A stretch of DNA of 64,000 bases from Neoechinorhynchus agilis. Taxonomy: Eukaryota; Animalia; Acanthocephala. A program made the position numbers and the translations under genes. Below the pieces are notes generated by a model. It saw only the letters and a list, made by a program, of their open reading frames with translations. It was not told the DNA's origin and ran no database searches. How positions within the stretch are numbered: the first letter of the stretch is position 1; the number at the start of each line of letters is the position of its first letter. The stretch is taken from NCBI GenBank assembly GCA_051530055.1, contig CM121341.1, positions 4,628,784-4,692,783 of the forward strand. Reading direction: 5' to 3'. Of this stretch, positions 61,106 through 64,000 are shown piece by piece.

Positions 61106-64000
61106 TGACATAATAATTATACGCGACTAATTCTTCGTCGCCATAATTCAGCCGCTTACTAATCCGCTCTACGCATTCACGCATACCGTTATTTTTCAAG
61201 TCGAATAAAACTGTTTGTGTCCACCACAATTTACTCAACTTGAAAAAACCCCGTCTCATGGAAAAAGTTCTTTGTCCGGAAAAACTAACGATCGAACCGA
61301 CTGCTCCTTCGTCTGAACGTGAATACAAATATTGGAAGAAAACGTTTGACAACTTCGTAGCTGCATGTGGAAATCAATGTACGGACAAACCTCAATGTTT
61401 GATACGTTTCGTCAGTCTAAACATATATGAAATGATAGTGGACCAACCCGGTTTTGATAAGGCGATTGCGATCTTGGACAAAGCATACATTAAGGAGGCG
61501 AATTCAATTTTTTCCAGACATGTGTTGGCTACGTACCAGCAGCAACTATCTCAGTCAATCGACGAGTTCGTCCGAGAACTAAACTGCATAAGCCGAAACT
61601 GTCAGTTAACGGATGTGACCGCTGAGCAATACCGACTAGAACTCATTCGCGATGCTTTTGTTAGTGGGATTTCATCGCCCATAATTCGTCAACGCCTTCT
61701 GGAACATCATGCTCTAAGTTTGACCCAGACGATCGACATAGCGAAGTATCTAGATACAGCTCAGCGAAACGCTGAAATTTATAACCATCAAGCGCCGCCT
61801 ATTGCAGCTTATGTCGAAGCTCCTCCATCCACTTCGCACCAGAAGCCTGAAACGGAGGATGTGGAAATAGCTGCCGCCATAAAGTCAAAAAAGTGCTGGT
61901 TTTGCGGTTTTGATTTGCATCCATGATCTCGTTGTCCTGCCAGAAAGTCTAAGTGTTCGAAATGCGGAAAAATAGGCCATTGGGGTAAAGTATGTCGATC
62001 CAAGCCATTAGAAAAGCAGCCGGAGGACACCTCCGCTACTATGTTTCTATGTGCCACGACGAGCTTGCAGATCCAAACAATCGAATGTTCCTTATCGACG
62101 TGGTCATTGAGGGACTACCGTTATCTGCTATGATCGATACAGGTAGTTCGAGCAACTTTATTAGCGATAAGGTTGCCATGAATCTGGGACTAAAAACGAT
62201 TGCATCGGAAGGTATAGTCAAGCTGGCTGCAACAAATCAACAGATTCGAATCAAAGGCAAATGTCTCGTCGACATTCTTGTGGAAAATCGAACTTATCAT
62301 GCTGTCAAATTCAGTGTGTTGGAGGACCTTTGTACGGACGTCATACTCGGTCTAGAATTTCAAAAACTCCACAGAAGCATTCGTTTTGTCTATAATGGTT
62401 CCAAAGATGAATTGACAATCAAGCCCCAATCAGACTGTTGCAACTTGATCAAAGCTGATATGTTGGAAACCCCATTGTTTGACTCGATCCCTTTGAATAT
62501 TGAGCCTGTTGTGACCAAATCGCGAATGTTTAGCGTTGAAGACCGTTCGTTTATCGATGGTAAAGTAAAAGGGTTACTTTATGTAGGCGTGATAGAACCT
62601 AGTCGATCTCCGTGGAGATACCAGATTGTAGTCGTCAAAATCGACTCGAATTCAGGCAAGAAGCGACTAATTATTGATTATTCGCAGACTATCAATAGAT
62701 TTACTTCGTTAGACGCTTACCCATTGCCTAACCTTCACCAGCTTATTAATACCATCGCTCAATATCTCGTATTTTCGAACTTCGACTTAAAAAGTGCGTA
62801 TCATAAAATCGGCATACCTGCTTCCGAAAGACGGTACACCGCTTTCGAAGCGAATGGTAATCATTGCCAATTTACGCGTATACCTTTTGGCGTTACAAAC
62901 TGTGTCGCCGCATTTAAAAGGGCGATGGATAATATGATTAAGGAAGAGAATTTGGAGTGTACGATTTCATATCTAGATAATGTTACTGTAGCAGGTAAAT
63001 CGCAGGAGGAACACGACTCGAATGTAAAGCTCTTTATGGAAGCTGCCGAGAAACGGAAGTTGACTTTGAATCATTCCAAAACTATATCGTCGGTCCGATC
63101 TATCAATCTAATGGGTTACAACATCTGCAATAGAAAGATTCGGCCAGATCCGGAAAGACTGCGTTCCTTATTTGAAATGCCTATTCCTTCTGATTCAAAA
63201 AGTCTAGCTCGAATGCTCGGAATGTTGGCCTATTACTCAAAGTGCATCCAGGACTTTTCGTCGAAAGCTCAAATACTGTATAAATTTCCGATGGAAACAG
63301 ATGAGATCAGAGTTCTCAAAGAATTGAAGGAAGAGTTGGGAAACGCGTCCTTGGGTGCTATCGACGCGGGTAGCCCATTCACCGTCGAATGCGACGCGTC
63401 TGATGTTGCCGTTTCGGCCACACTGAACCAAAACGGAAGACCTGTGGCCTTCATGTCCAGGACGCTCAACAAGTGCGAGATGCGATATCCTGCCGTCGAA
63501 AAGGGGGTGATGGCAATCGTCGAAGCTGTCAGAAAGTGGAGACCTCTACTGAATGGGAGACGTTTTCAGCTTATTACGGACCAACGATCGGTAGCTTTTA
63601 TGATGGACGGTCGCTGACGAACCAAAATTATGAACGACAAGATTCTAGGCTGGAGGATTGAGCTCTCTGCTATGAAATTCGTTATCGCCCTGGCAAAGAT
63701 AATATCGCTGCGGATGCGTTATCGAGGGCCAATGCAATCGACCTTACTGACTTAGAAGAGATTCACAAGCAGCTCTGCCACCCTGGAGTCAGTAGGTTAC
63801 TTCATTTTGTCAGATCGAAGAACTTACCATTCTCTAAATCCGAGGTCAGGTCGATATGCTCGAAATGCAGAACGTGCGCTTTTGTCAAACCGCAGTTTTA
63901 CAGACCCTCCGTGGACTCCCAACTGATACAGGCATTAAAGCCGATGGATAGGGTATCGATTGACTTTAAAGGCCCACTTCCGTCCCGTTCTTCTAACAAG
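61106..64000 (+). mobile_element. Ty3/gypsy LTR retrotransposon (gag-PR-RT-RH-IN), decayed, running off the window; possible short LTR 61106-61228
   Basis: Gag MEKVLCPEKL..YWKKTFDNF, RDAFVSGI, CCHC knuckles with an internal TGA; protease MIDTGSSSNFI; RT PSRSPWR, DAYPLP, FDLKSAYH, YLDN (mutated YLDD); RNase H ECDASD, YPAVEK; integrase HHCC zinc-binding start. The tg..aataaa..ca LTR call is tentative. Confidence 0.92.

Noticed and set aside
61900-62060. Programmed readthrough or frameshift between gypsy gag and pol
   Set aside because: The element has other lesions (YLDN, stop at 63,617, further frameshifts), so decay is the simpler explanation.

Overview
Eukaryotic (probably invertebrate animal) AT-rich DNA from a compact genome with ~40-60 nt GT-AG introns. 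I cannot assign the species from sequence alone. From left to right: (1) a PIG-U gene with a tandem array of foldback MITE-like units in one intron; (2) a decayed CRE-clade non-LTR retrotransposon; (3) a ~28 kb amplicon (5.65-34.0 kb) of a ~7.57 kb unit (unknown multi-TM gene, CR1/L2-like remnant, ZnT6-like transporter, Mps1/TTK-like kinase), arranged as tandem copies mirrored into a giant imperfect palindrome around a Penelope-like element (PLE); (4) PLE/RTE debris and a ~202 bp satellite; (5) H1-like and calpain genes; (6) a second CRE element and several hairpins; (7) a REXO-type exonuclease, an unknown large gene, further satellites and CFDP1/BCNT; (8) a decayed Ty3/gypsy element. The best candidates for new biology are three hammerhead ribozyme motifs: one complete but non-circularly permuted (51.9 kb) and two PLE-type cores that lose stem I pairing exactly at their predicted cleavage sites. 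The PLE-centred gene-amplifying palindrome is the other strong candidate.
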